This document shows, piece by piece, positions 1 to 13,624 of a stretch of 64,000 nt of DNA (its first letter is position 1; each line of letters opens with the position of its first letter). The translations under genes were made by a program, and so were the position numbers. The notes beneath the pieces are model-generated. The model did no database searches, was not told the origin of the DNA, and saw only the letters and a program-made list of their open reading frames with translations. Origin of the DNA: Phoronis australis (taxonomy: Eukaryota > Animalia > Phoronida); assembly GCA_002633005.1 (NCBI GenBank), contig NMRA01000715.1, positions 90,971 to 154,970 of the forward strand, written 5' to 3'.

Positions 1-1078
1 CAACCGTCCTTGACATGCATGTAGTTCACAATTTCACGACAGAGGTCGTCTTCCGGCTCATGCCTTTATTACCGGTAGTTGTCCGGGGTATCAGTAGTTT
101 CCTCACACAATCATCTTCTGTGGATGAGGACGATGAGCTCGGCAAGGTGTCGGTAATATGCAGCTCTTAGAACGGTACATACCGGATATCGCGTGGAAAA
201 GGGCAGTCCAAGCACTTCGAACTGAAGAGGATCAGAATTAAAAGTGCCCGTGATTCGTCAGTGATCAAACTCAAACTGATCAACTCAGTTACGTAATCTG
301 GGAAACGGGTGCCCATATAAATGACTGCGAATGCCTCCACGAGCTGCATAGCATATGCAATGTGTCACCATTCCTAATCGGATTTGCAATCATGTCACGA
401 AACTGCAACTAAGCAGAATGCCAAGCTGTCACCCGATAGAATTAAGTGTTTTGCAATGTGGACCGAACAGCGCAAAACAGGTGCTTGGTAGTGACAGAGC
501 CAGCGCTGTTTCGAATTCATGTACTTGGGCCAATTCCCAAAGCCAGTCATTCTTAGCAGTCAACATATCACGCAAATTTTACGCTTTAAAAGTATTTGCA
601 CGTTTGCAAGTCATGCACGAGAAAACCGAGAGCATCCCGGTGAAGTCCTCGGCATATTAGAGGTTAGATGGCACCGTCACGGAGTTGAAAGGGTGCTACT
701 CAAATTAAGGGGATTGGCTGGACGCGCTATATCAGATTGTTGCGGTTGTACAGCACGACACGCCTGTTTATTGTACGACTTTCAAAGTAAAAAAATGAAT
801 AATAAGTAAGGCAAAAAACGTGACACTTTTTAAATTGAAAAAATAGCCGTCTTTAAGTTTTAAAATCTATCGCATACGTTGTCAGAGAAATTAGCCAATA
901 GGATTTCTTCAGCATCATGGCTTAGCAACGAGCACGTGAATCGATTAGTGACGGGATAGTGACAAGCTGGCTCAGGCTCGCTTAGTAGGCGTTGGGGTTG
1001 GAAAACTATGATGGGCCGTTGGGGGGAAAGTGTCGCCGGAAAAATACTTGTGTACATTACGCCGTTATTTACGCCGTA
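1..1078. repeat. Direct duplication, copy 1 (matches 4462-5539); ends at the N at 1079
   Basis: Near-identical to 4462-5539, with a few SNPs in the first 120 bp. The ORF track gives the same ORFs twice at a 4461-bp offset. The copy stops mid-MITE at a single N. Confidence 0.9.
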
Positions 1079-1237
1079 NAATGATAGTTTTAAGTGTAGA
1101 TTGTATTTTTGACGAGGTGAAAACTCAAAATCGGTAACCCAAATCCGGCCACGGCCCATTTAAAATACACTGAAGTAACGAAATGAATACAGAAAGCGAA
1201 TGGAAGTATTGTAGGCCCTATATGGCCAACCGAGGGG

Positions 1238-1445
1238 CTACGTGTTGCCTACTAGATGGCCCCGCGTTGGTTTGAATGCGCTAAATTTCCCCTTACTCCC
1301 AGCTCTCCTAATGTTGTTTATCCATTTTCACGAAGTTCTTGGTTTGCAGGGAACACAAAAGCTCAGATTTTTATCTCTCTTGTTGTTTTTGAAGCAGCCA
1401 GGAACACAACAAGTGTATCCGCCGTAAGTTTTCTGCGCGCTCATA
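1238..1445 (-). pseudogene. Degenerate THAP zinc-finger fragment (transposon-derived)
   Basis: Minus strand reads MSAQKTYGGYTCCVPGCFKNNKRDKNLSF, then VFPANQELR in a shifted frame, then KWINNIRRAGSKGKFSAFKPTRGHLV. This fits the THAP pattern CxVPGC...SF.FP...R.W..., but with frameshifts and a stop, and the final C-H is lost. Confidence 0.65.
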
Positions 1446-3629
1446 CCGCGTATTATGCTTGTTATTATGGCCGCTTTCAGTATCCTGACCACAGCACCCA
1501 CAATGCACCATTTTAACCTAATTTCAATATGGCGTCGCTGCAAATCCGCTATTGATGTGTCATTCTTTATCACGTGGTAACAGTAGATATTGTCAACCTT
1601 TATCAATGCATTACTTGTTGGACAACCACCATCACAAGTACTCACGCCTGCTCTCTCGCTTTGCTTGCCTGCTGTATGCTGGATAGAAATAGCGTCTGCC
1701 TTCCTGAATCTTTTAAGTAAAAATCAAATCGGACAAATGACAATGCTGTGAAACTCACTTATCGATCTTCTTGTTTGACTGACGAAAAGCAGTTCGGCAG
1801 TATTTTGAAGAACTCTTTTTAAAAAGTCTTAGAATGTCGACTGGCTATCAAGAGCTTCAAGAATTGTTTCTTGCCAAGTATATTTCTCTGTCGTTTTTTG
1901 TTCGTTTGTCATTATTTGTATGTTTATCACATGGAGATAAAATGTACTCACATGTTCCTTGAAAGGTACATGACTTAAGTTCGCGGTGGGAGTCTGGAGC
2001 AAAGTGGCACTGCGATCTTTTTTTTTGCCACACAGATAAATGAAAATGCATTAAAGTGCAAATATTAAGCCAAGAAAGCGAACCATTGTATCCAGGCGCT
2101 GCGATGTTCATTTGCCGATTTTCTCTTTACAAAGCCATAGCTCCACAACCCTTTAGCGAATCTGTTTTAACTTAGTGGGCAATATGGCTTGATCTTTGGC
2201 ACGTCACCATATGATGTTCTCGAGTTATTGAAGATGTCCGAACGACTGATGTTCATATGGACTGATCATTCATCGCTATATTGTCGATTGACTCCTGTCC
2301 TAGGCCGCATTTTTATCCGACAGACACGAAATATGAACAATAACATTCTAGTCCTCAGTATCTCGAGGACTGTTGTGTTTGGTTGTGAATCGGTGTCAGT
2401 AAGATGGTGTCAGAGAATGACTAATTGACGGAGGGTTTGTTTAAAAGGTAGCTATGCTTTGAGATTGTGCGTAGATGGAGAGAGAATGATTAAATCCAGA
2501 AATTAATTTATTATACGATAACCGCTAATTAGACAAGTGAAACCTGTTGTTATGTAAGTAACCAACTGCAAAAAAGAGTAACTACGCTGGCGCCCTCTTT
2601 AGAGATTACTTCAATCAATCAACCAAAATAATCAAATGTCTTATCTGCTATCCAAGCTCTAGGACCTTCCTCTTGTTGGATGAAAGTCCTGTCGGTGAAT
2701 CTTCGAACTACACAAACTGTATTGCGATAGTGTACTTGCTGGTCACAGACTCTGGTGACGCAACACTTGCAGGCAGTATCTTCTACCTACGATTCCTCTC
2801 GCTGGTCACAGTCCCTCGTGACGCAACACGTATAGGCAGTATCTTACTACCCACGATGCAAGTGACAAGCTCTTAGTTAACTTCCTGTTAACCCTTGCCC
2901 TTGCCATGATCCTCTTCAGAATCTTCCACGAGATGGCTCTGTTGTACAATTTCCTCTGTACACTAGCAAATCTTAGCTTCAACTACTATAGCTCATCTGA
3001 ATATCTTGTTAATGTCAGTCCATATTATAATATTCTACTTATTTAGTGATTGGATAATTAAAACCGCATGATCTTATCTAATCATATCATTGGTTGTTTC
3101 GCCTTGCTCTCAGAAATTTCTAGAATCTTTAGAGTGCTTTGACCCCAGAACCAAAGTAGTAAACACCATCTAAAAATAGATTTTAACCTTAACATGCATG
3201 TCAGCAAGTTTGACCCCATGATTTAAAAGTACACATGCACAAATTTTGGGCAACTTAAAATGGATCTATTCTTACTAATTACTCATTCAATATTTATTCT
3301 GACAGATGGCGCTTTCTAAGCCTCTCGAATTCCACCATGCACGCAATCAGCTTCTCCAGGGCATGGGTCAAAGTTCAACGCGGGGGTGCGCTCAAAGGAG
3401 CGTCACTGAGACGTAAACTGAACAAATGTGTCACGACATCCACAATATTGACAAAACACTAAACTAAGTTATGATATTGATGTAAAAGGCCGAACTACAT
3501 GTAGGTGCTCCACGTGTAGTTGTAGCAGGAAGTTCCCCTGGTTAATTGTAGCCATGGTCAGCTAACGTACCATATTAACAAATGAATTAAACTAATAACC
3601 GGGCTCCTCATTTTTAGGCTGCATCTCGC

Positions 3630-4071
3630 CACAGGCGTCCTCAGCTTCTGATCGTCCCCAATACACTACATATAATACTACGACGGGAAATTGCCGGTGA
3701 GTTACGGCGGCTAAGTGTAGAGTTATCGACATCACGTCGTGTTTACGCGACAAACCGGCAATTTCCGTACCGTCCTTGACCTCGAGCGGCCCACGATGAA
3801 CGTGTGTGGGGGCTTTTTGTGATGATTTTTGTTCTTTGACTGCGAATTTCTTACGAAGTCGCCGGAACAGGACACCGTGAATGGTATTGGGAGAAAGAAC
3901 AATTCTTCATGGTTTGTTGAATCTCTGTTTTGTGTAAATTTATTGAGTTTTATATTTGCTATGGACGGCTGAAGTGAAGCACCCGTGGAATTTCTAGTCG
4001 GGAGTGTCATACCTTGTAGTATTACGTGTATGTAGTGTATTGTTGACGATCAGAAGCTGCGGACGCCTGTG
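3630..4071. mobile_element. MITE with ~50-bp TIRs starting CACAGG (same family as 47369-47950)
   Basis: Left end CACAGGCGTCCTCAGCTTCTGATCGTCCCCAATACACTACAT pairs with right end ATGTAGTGTATTGTTGACGATCAGAAGCTGCGGACGCCTGTG. The internal part matches 47370-47600 in reverse orientation. No clear TSD. Confidence 0.8.
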
Positions 4072-4461
4072 CAAAGATCTCGCCCTGTTTACCTGAATAA
4101 TGAACGAAAATCTAAACGGGGTTTTACTATCGAAAATGAGTCTCGTCATACAATATCATGATTTTGCTTGAAATGGCGATAGTCTTACTCGTCTCTCAAT
4201 TTTAATCCACTGTGCCAATTGAAAGTCTGAGGCTACGGGCGTCTCACATGCCCTATATGAGTATGGAAGTTCGGTTTGGCAACCCAAATGTAGAGCTTGC
4301 TGTTAGCACCATGCTCCAGTGGCCTTGATCAGGCAGCACAGTGTCGTAGGACGATAAATATACAAGACTTGTACATGAAAAGTTCTTGAGCGACCGTAAA
4401 ATCATCGCAATAAGCGTGGAATGGCTACAAATGTCTTGAACACTGAAGTTGTTTTTCCGGT

Positions 4462-5539
4462 CAACCGTACTTGACATGCATGTAGTTCACAATTTCACGA
4501 CAGATGTCGTCTTCCGGCTTATGCCTTTATTACCGGTAGTTGTCCGGGGTATCAGTAGTTTCCTCACACAATCATTTTCTGTGGATGAGGACGATGAGCT
4601 CGGCAAGGTGTCGGTAATATGCAGCTCTTAGAACGGTACATACCGGATATCGCGTGGAAAAGGGCAGTCCAAGCACTTCGAACTGAAGAGGATCAGAATT
4701 AAAAGTGCCCGTGATTCGTCAGTGATCAAACTCAAACTGATCAACTCAGTTACGTAATCTGGGAAACGGGTGCCCATATAAATGACTGCGAATGCCTCCA
4801 CGAGCTGCATAGCATATGCAATGTGTCACCATTCCTAATCGGATTTGCAATCATGTCACGAAACTGCAACTAAGCAGAATGCCAAGCTGTCACCCGATAG
4901 AATTAAGTGTTTTGCAATGTGGACCGAACAGCGCAAAACAGGTGCTTGGTAGTGACAGAGCCAGCGCTGTTTCGAATTCATGTACTTGGGCCAATTCCCA
5001 AAGCCAGTCATTCTTAGCAGTCAACATATCACGCAAATTTTACGCTTTAAAAGTATTTGCACGTTTGCAAGTCATGCACGAGAAAACCGAGAGCATCCCG
5101 GTGAAGTCCTCGGCATATTAGAGGTTAGATGGCACCGTCACGGAGTTGAAAGGGTGCTACTCAAATTAAGGGGATTGGCTGGACGCGCTATATCAGATTG
5201 TTGCGGTTGTACAGCACGACACGCCTGTTTATTGTACGACTTTCAAAGTAAAAAAATGAATAATAAGTAAGGCAAAAAACGTGACACTTTTTAAATTGAA
5301 AAAATAGCCGTCTTTAAGTTTTAAAATCTATCGCATACGTTGTCAGAGAAATTAGCCAATAGGATTTCTTCAGCATCATGGCTTAGCAACGAGCACGTGA
5401 ATCGATTAGTGACGGGATAGTGACAAGCTGGCTCAGGCTCGCTTAGTAGGCGTTGGGGTTGGAAAACTATGATGGGCCGTTGGGGGGAAAGTGTCGCCGG
5501 AAAAATACTTGTGTACATTACGCCGTTATTTACGCCGTA
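4462..5539. repeat. Direct duplication, copy 2 (matches 1-1078)
   Basis: Same alignment as above. This copy continues into the complete GGGCC-ended MITE. Confidence 0.9.
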
Positions 5540-6047
5540 GAATTAAGAGCCTAATTTAATTCTTTACGGCGTAAAACTACGCTCGTAATTTAGTTTAAAC
5601 TCCTAGCCAATGACGTTGGGTTCTACAATCCACGATCGCGCGCGCTCATAAAAATACTGATCTACTGACGGATTTCATGTCTACGATACGAGCGCTGAAT
5701 CATGGCGGATCAAATTGCTGCTGCCATGACAGCGATTGTGCAAGAACGAGCTGACCAGCAACAGTCGGGTATATTAGGTCATCACTGATTGGTTTAAATT
5801 TGGAACGTTCTTAAGGTATTTTAAGAGCGTAATTTACGGCGACATTTCCTCCATTTAATTTACGGGCGTAATTTTACTGCAACACTCTTGCAATTTAACT
5901 TACGCTCGTAATTACGAGCGTAATTTTACGGCGAAACTTTTCCCCATTTAATTTACGAGCGTAATTGTACGGCGACACTCCTGCAATTTAATTTACGCTC
6001 GTAATTACGAGCGTAATTTTGCGGCTACACTTTCCCCTCAACGGCCC
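5474..6047. mobile_element. MITE with GGGCCGTTG...CAACGGCCC TIRs and repeated subterminal TACGAGCGTAATT motifs (possibly PIF/Harbinger-like)
   Basis: ~26-bp imperfect TIRs (GGGCCGTTGGGGGGAAAGTGTCGCCG / CGGCTACACTTTCCCCTCAACGGCCC) and many TTACG(A/G)GCGTAA motifs. Superfamily is guessed from the GGGCC ends only. Confidence 0.7.
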
Positions 6048-7842
6048 ACTATTAGAAAACACCAATTATTAGCGTAGGATATCTCTCATGAACAGTCTTG
6101 TCGGGGTGCTCTGCTACTGTGGAATAGCCGTTGCGGCATGATTTATCAAAAAAACCTACGAAGGTAGAGAGGATGAGATAAATATAAATTCCGTTGGGAA
6201 GTACCTTCATTTTTTACAGAGCAGCTATTTTGGAAAGATCAACGCAATGACTTATTCCTCAACAATGTGTCAAGTGTTCACTAAATTTAATTTCTGATAA
6301 ACGACATTTCCGCTGGTCTTTGCTAAGTGCCACACGGGCTTCACTCAGACTCAACGCCAAATTGACAATCATCATCATCATCATGACAATCGAGAGAGTT
6401 CAACTTGGCGAGTTGATGCAACAATTGAATGCAACTATCCGATTTTTTTGAAAAGCAATTGCCATATCGATCGACAGTCACAAGATTAACGAAAGATTAC
6501 TGGCGTCAAAATCACCAATCAGTGCATCGCCGGGCAAAGTTAAACCTATTCTTGTTCCTGGACACAGAGAAATTATCGAGCGATGTTGTTCGATATCGAC
6601 CTCAACCGAGTCATCTGCAAATAGACGAACAACTTCAGTTGGTCGGTTATCAGTAGACGTCCGACCGATGACCGGTAGTTGCATTGGTGTCTCCGTGGAC
6701 CTTCACCTTCATATTCGATACGTAACTAATCTGTTAATCAGCACTTACAAACCTGAGATTATGTGTACAGGTAGAAACCCTGGTAAACAACTTGGCATAA
6801 AGTTTGCAGAAGACAATGATACAATAATTATGCAAACGACAATTCATGTACTTTTCACAATGAAACGGATCAATGTGCGAGATCCGTTCGTACCATTTAC
6901 AGACAATTCTTTATTTTTGACAATATCTTCCTCCCCGCAGTCATTTTTAAGTTATAAGCCCATCGCCATAACAAGTAGTTTTTGGTTTTGCAATAATGTA
7001 CTCGCGTCCAGTCAGAGTGTAGAAGCCGATAAATATTGCTAAAATATATCACACTATAACTATTTCTGTGATGTGATGACATTAGGGGTTGCATCATCAA
7101 GGTGACTGTGCTGATCACAAACATAGACACTAATATTTCCACTCCACCGACAACTATTGTTGCTGATGAAGGATCAAAGCTTCTGGTTCAATCCCATCTG
7201 GAACACCTCGGATATTTCCGTAACCTCAAATTATCCCTCGGAGATGTTTCACATCTGCGCAGGTGTAAAAAGTCACGTGTCTTTTAAAACGGAGAGTGCC
7301 GTCGAGTTCGACGGGATAGACCTATCCCTAGTATAACAGGCTAAAGCATGAAATAACAGTATGCGTACGCCAGGAGGCAAATTACGGATTGATAATAACA
7401 TTGCATACCTCTCTGAAGGCCCGGTAGGCGGATAGTCATGAGTTAACATTGCATGCCTCTCTGAAGGCCAAAGCGAGCACCCAGTTAATTTGATTTTCCC
7501 TATATATTATCTGTTCACGAATTCAAACCTGAAGACTAAAAAGCCTACCCATTCTGCCTTTAGAGATACCAATAGACTTTCAATATGTAATACATTACAT
7601 GTACGGAACAAGTAACACGCGTGGAAACCATTCGCTTCATATCTGTGAATAAGATAATTATCAAATAGACAAATAGCCATTTACGCTATTACTCAAAATT
7701 ACCCAACGTCTTATCTCTACCGATAAAAGGAGGCAATCGCCAGAAAAACAAGCATTTTGCGGCAGTTCGGGTCAAGTGTCTATACACTACAGTCAAGGAA
7801 TCGTCAACACGTCTCGAGATGGAGAGACATGTTGCGCTATGG

Positions 7843-8081
7843 GTTTTGGTCGCAGTGTCTGACATCGCACGAGGTAAAGTGACAATTATTTTGGTCGCAG
7901 TGTGTAGCATCGCACGAGGTACTGTAACGTGACGATTATTTTGGTCGCAGTGTGTAGCATCGCACGAGGTACTGTAACGTGACGATTATTTTGGTCGCAG
8001 TGTCTAGCATAGTACGAGGTAAAGTGACGATTATTTTGGTCGCAGTGTCTAGCATTGCACGAGGTAAAGTGACGATAATTT
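7843..8081. repeat. Tandem repeat, 44-51 bp unit, ~5 copies
   Basis: Unit TTTTGGTCGCAGTGT(C/G)TAGCATCGCACGAGGTA(AA/CTGTAAC)GTGACGATTA is repeated. Confidence 0.9.
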
Positions 8082-10500
8082 TACGATAAAATAAACATGA
8101 AATATCAACTTTTAAAACTAATGAAAAGTGTATTTTAATCTATTGTATCTGCCACGAACCGAGCGCTCTATGGTTCAAAACATAACTACGCGCACCCGAT
8201 TTTTATTGAATGAGCTGGCGATTCACTTCATACATGTATTTTGGAATTTGTAGGTTTAGGGTTAACAAAAGCTAATAAAGATTCAAGAGATTCCTCGAGT
8301 CGCTGATGGTTTCAATGTTTTTGTTGGGAAAATAAACCTATCAGCAAAGGATAATATGAGACTGACTGAGTAAAAGGCCTGATGCTGATTCGTTTTAGCC
8401 AGCTAACGGGACACAATGCAGCTTTAAAAATTGGTTTCTCATGGACTTCATGGGTAAGCGCTGTTTGACACCACACACGTGTTATCGTGTTTACAGTCCA
8501 AGGAAATAAAACTGGCTCACACATGACGGATTAAAAAGCGAAAGATCTCTCAAAACTTTGCACGATCAAATTTGGTTTTCACTGCTTTCATGGAAGCCAT
8601 GATGCTTATTTTCTAATGACGTATCTATCAGCTGCCTGTTTTATTTAGAATTCATAAATATTTTTTAACCGTCAGATTTTTGTTTTTGTGTCTTGTAAAA
8701 GTTGTAATAAGCTAGAAAGTGAAAGTTCATAAAAATGTAAAGAATTTACGAAATTTTGTTAATACAAGGTTTCAACAAGACAAGTTTATGGTTCAACAGA
8801 ACAGAAATAAGTGTCACGTTGGCAAAACATCATTCTGTCTTCTAACTTTGAGCATTTTGCTACATGTATTTTTGAAGAAAACACTGCAAAATTACCAGAA
8901 AACGCATACCACGAAACGCGTTAAACTCTTTAGGTCTCGTCGGGACATTCCCAGATGAAATGAATTCTCGATAGGATATGGTAATAAGTATTGGTGTGTA
9001 GGTGGGGTTACCTACAGTTTTTGCCATATTCAGAGAGATAAGAGGAAGTTTTTGCAGTAGTTGTATTTAAAGAGATAACGGCTATAGCATGGAATGGAAA
9101 AGCTGCATTGTATTCCTTAATGCGACCTAAATGTTAAAAACAAAAACTTAGTTCTCAAACATTTTCTCTGCCACGACGTAACTTCTGGGGCGGAGGTATG
9201 ACAGTGCAGAGAGGCAAAAGGCTGGGCAAGGCAGAAGTACTGCTTGCGATCTAATGTCGGGTGAATACGACTTAAGTGGAGCAAGAGAACCGTGACAACT
9301 CGCGCCGTGACAACTCGGGCCGTGACAACTGTTCCACGTGTTAGAACAGCTAAAAAAGATGGTCGACAAGTTCACGACCATTACCGTGGTAACGTTTTAG
9401 TTTCGTGTCGCACAGTCCAAATCGTTCAACACTCGCCCATTAAATATTCACGAAGCAAAATTGTCAGTGAGAAAGTAGCAGTAGGTAATGGCTTTTTCAA
9501 TGCTACACATTTTCAATCAATGACAGGGTTACAATTTCGAGGCGAGTTCAATTAACCTCGCAACAGAGGAGCATGTCACATTGAATAAGTTGATAAAATG
9601 ATTACTTATTTTTGAAATTGGCTCAATAAAAGTTAGAAACGACTTTAGTCATTAATAAAATGTGTTGAAATTTTATCCTTGTAATATTCATTCTCGTGCT
9701 CAAGAAAAAAATTCTTGCCACAAAACACTGTCCTGGTCACCGTTACCGTGTTATCATTTAACGGAATTGCTTCGTCGCCCCGCACTCAAGAATTGGATAT
9801 CAGGTATACACTAACGTGTATGTAGGCTGCGGCGGACGACAAGGGGGCGGATCAGATTTCTAACAAGCGCGTTCTCATAGGATTTTTTCAGACAGCAGAT
9901 CGTACGCCCGATCTGCCGTAGACGGCATATGAAAGCTGAAAAACGTCCAGTTCAATTAATTCATAGTAAATTTTCACTTGAGAATTCAGAGTTCCAATCA
10001 GAAGCAAGATCACAAACCTGATACGCCGTCTAAATAATCACACCTGTTCTCTAAACGTCTGATCTGTCTCGATCGTCGCACCAGGATTTTGGCGTCATAT
10101 TTAACGTCTTACAGCCATAAGGCAACACATTGTTGTGTTGTCTCTTGTAGCTATAGCTCTGCTCGTCTAGGTTTTTTTACAGTTTTAGTATTTTGCACAT
10201 TAAAGCAGTAGATAGGACGCTGTACGTTTTAGTTCGTTTTTAGTCTCTCATCTGCCGTCTGATCAGACGTCCTACATGGCTTCTCATAACATTCTCCATC
10301 TGAAGGTGGTGCTAGAGCTACTCCACAATCATTCTAAATGTGTTGCTTTCGTACCCTTCAAAGGCCGTAAAAAGTGCTGATTTAATTCATGCTTTCTATT
10401 TGCTGAACTTCGATAGCTAACGTAATTAATTAAGTTCCAACAAAATAATTTTGCTGCATCAAAATGATTTTTTAACGCTGTATCGAACGTTTCTCACCAG

Positions 10501-13500
10501 GTAGTGCGAGGCCATGTCGAGATAACAATGTATACCAGTGTCTGGAAATAGCCTCCAAGGGCCACTGCGTGGAAGACTATGCGCAACAACACTGTCCCTT
10601 TACGTGCAAAGTTTGTGATAGTCTGCCCCAAACATCTACAGTTGTGCCTCATGTCTCGTGCAGCGACCGTCTGCCTAAGCACAAGTGCATAGAATACAAA
10701 ACATTTGGAATGTGCATACTTTCATTAGTATCTGAATCTTGCGTAGAGACATGTGGTCTCTGCGCAAGGGAAAAGCCGACGACCACACGAACGTCAACAC
10801 CGTACATTCGTACCACAAGAACATCAACACCTTATATGCGTACCGCAATACAGACTTGCTTAGATACCTTTGGTTCAACATACTGTCAGGCTAATCGTGA
10901 CGTCTGTGGTCACGCGCAAGCTCATAAGATGTGTGCAGCCACTTGTAACATGTGCAATGGAGACGTCAGGAATCCGTGTGTAGATAGGCTTGGCGCTTCA
11001 GTGTGTAGAGATTCTTTGCTTAAGTGTTCAGAACCGTTTGGAAAAAAGTACTGTGCTGCAACATGTCAAGTTTGCAGTTCAGGAAGAGCAACACAGACAA
11101 AGGCATGGTCTGGCACTTCGACAACGATGAAAGCGACCACTGACGTATGCATGGTTACATTTTGGCATTTGTTTACAAGAGCGACTAAGTTGCTACAGAC
11201 GAGTTTCAAAACTAGAGGTGTTCATTCTACACTACTATCGAAAACGCCGAAACCAACATCGGCTTGGCCAGCAAGCACAACGGCCGCAACACCGAAAGAC
11301 AAACCAACGACAACAACAAGGACAAGGACGCGGTCTGAAACAAAAAGAAGATCACCAAGAATGACGTCAACAACGAAACCAGCAACAACATTTTCCTCAA
11401 CTTCTGCGAAAACAACGTTACAAACGACAATGATGCTACTACTAACAAAGGCCATAAAACCAAGAATGTCGTCGACCCAAACAACGAACTTAAAGGCATC
11501 GCAACAGGTCTTTACAACACTGACCGACAGTCAGCGACCCAACAGCTTCGAGCCAACACTATCGTCCACCACAGTATCAGAAGATTTCAGCTGCCACGTC
11601 TGCGAGGCAGGCGATTCCGGGAAGTGTGTTGGTCGAAGGCAGGTTTGCGATCAAACTCGGAAGTACTGCATGAACACCGTCAAGAGTTTCAAAGATGGGT
11701 GGCGTGTGGAGAGCAAGGGGTAAGACCGTGATAACTTGTGGCCTGTTAAATGAAAAAAAAACCGCTTAAACCTAACGAGGCTCTCAAACGAGCAAGGTAC
11801 GTATCGGAGGTTTTGTTTAAGGACGTACCAAAGCTTCAAGGGCTTAATGTGACCCATAATTTTAGGTGGCTATTCAGGCAACCGGTCACAATAGCGTGGT
11901 AAGAAATGCATATTGCGACTTGTACCCAATCACAAGGAATTCAAAGTTCGAGATGAGTGCAACCCGTAAAAAGGATCTTAAACAAATTAAATCTAGCGTA
12001 GGGTTCCCAAAGGCTAGGACCCCTGAGGTACTGACTCCGAGGTCATTCTCAAAATAGAGGGACATGGGTAGAGTTCAGTAGGTGTCTTGCGACTAGGAAA
12101 TCTAGACAAAATCACGCGTTTTCGTTTAAAATACACGCCAATATCTGACAGGGTAATCTTGCAAAGACTTGCTTTTTAGCAAGGAGTTTTGTAGACGCAA
12201 AATTCTCGCTAAGCAAGCCAGTGTGATCATCTGCTTAGTTTGAAATATTTGGCTGTATCAAGCCTGTAGCCAGCATTGCGCGGGGGTGGTTGGAATTTCT
12301 AGACCGGTGGATATGTGATATTTCAGTTGCAAACATTGACAATGTAGAGTTTTGAATAAGGCCCCTGACGCAGCTTAATTAGGGGGAGGAGAATCTGTAT
12401 ACACAACGATGCCTCTCAGCTCTTTGTTCCTGAGGTGAGACGGAAATGAAGATGCCATGACGGTTGTTCGTAAAGAATGGGACACAAATTCGGATATCTA
12501 ATGTGGTTCGGAAAGAGAACGTTCTGGCGTTACATCCCGCCAAACTTTCAAATCAGGCGTGCTGAAATGATTCATTACACCTCATTACATATTCGGACTG
12601 AATTTTTTAATCTGTCAATGACTTTACGAATTTATTTATCTGGTTTTTACTTACATCGCTGGAAATGGGAATCGCTGAGCCCATTATTCTGACGGTTCAC
12701 TACTCCGAAAACATCTAAAATTTCGAACTCAGGTTTAATTTTCATATTTTTGCACGCAGTAGTAAAAGATACTTCGGTTATTAGATGCATTGAGTGTTGT
12801 ATCTATATCGAAAACAACGTGCGGGTACTATTGATTTCATGCGCATACGAAATTGCCCCCATGCCTTACGATTACGGAAAATGATTACGTTTTTGCATTT
12901 ATAAAAGGATACCAAACTCGGATTTGGCCTACTGACAGACACAAAAATTGTCTTTCCCATCCAGTTCTTTGAAATAAAATAATGCTCTATAATCCTTGAC
13001 AACCTTCAAGTTTGCTGAAGATTTTGAAAACTCCTTTCAAAGTTTGCTAAACGGATAAGCGTGGCCTACGCTTTTTGAAAATTACTCGGCAACTGTGGGA
13101 AAAGATCACCCACCAAGGACCATGATATCGAGCTTGTGACATGGGGTGTTTAAATATTTAATTGATTCCTTCCTGAAAAAGAATACTAATTAACCCTGTT
13201 TTGATGATTTCAACCAAGGAACTCAGGCCTAGTGTCATTATGGCTCTATAATAAAGATACAAATTCAGTTCGCCTCCAAATAAAAATTAGCATTCAGATG
13301 CTATGTCACGAGTAATATGGGCGTGCAATAGTGACGAATTACAATGCTGAGTTAACGTATTTCTGTTGCCTACAATTCCACATGGCTCCATCTATTGCGC
13401 CAGTTGTAACTCAGTAAAGACCGACGTTTCATTTCAGGTGTGTGACGAAACAAACCTGTTTCAAAGAATGGTTTCAGAAAACGTCAGATCAACGTGACTG

Positions 13501-13624
13501 CTCGAACGTGCTTTATGGGCTGTCAACGAAGATAGAGTCGAGGTGCAGTTACTGCTGCACGTTGTCAGGTTGTAACATCAGAGACATACCTGCGGAGGAC
13601 ACATTGTTCATGTCTGGAAGATAA
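10501..13624 (+). CDS. ShKT x4 + Thr/Ser-rich mucin-like stalk + C-terminal Ly6/uPAR (three-finger)-like Cys domain protein; 5'-partial
   Basis: Exon 10501-11719 (acceptor CACCAG, phase 1; donor GG|GTAAGA, phase 2) and exon 13438-13624 (TTTCAG|G TGT GTG...TAA). Four 6-Cys repeats end in CxxTCxxC (CPFTCKVC, CVETCGLC, CAATCNMC, CAATCQVC), followed by a long T/S/K-rich tract. The spliced C-terminus CHVC...C...C...YCMNTV...KG|CVTKQTC..W...C...CSYCCTLSGCN has 12 Cys and the CC..CN ending. The signal-peptide exon was not identified. Confidence 0.85.

Noticed and set aside
1-5539. 1.08-kb direct repeats read as the LTRs of a retroelement
   Set aside because: There is no gag/pol between them, and copy 1 ends at an N in the middle of a MITE. 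A scaffolding or haplotype overlap is more likely.
6250-7290. Coding-looking stretch with several 60-124 aa ORFs
   Set aside because: The frames I translated are interrupted by stops and show no family motif that I recognise.
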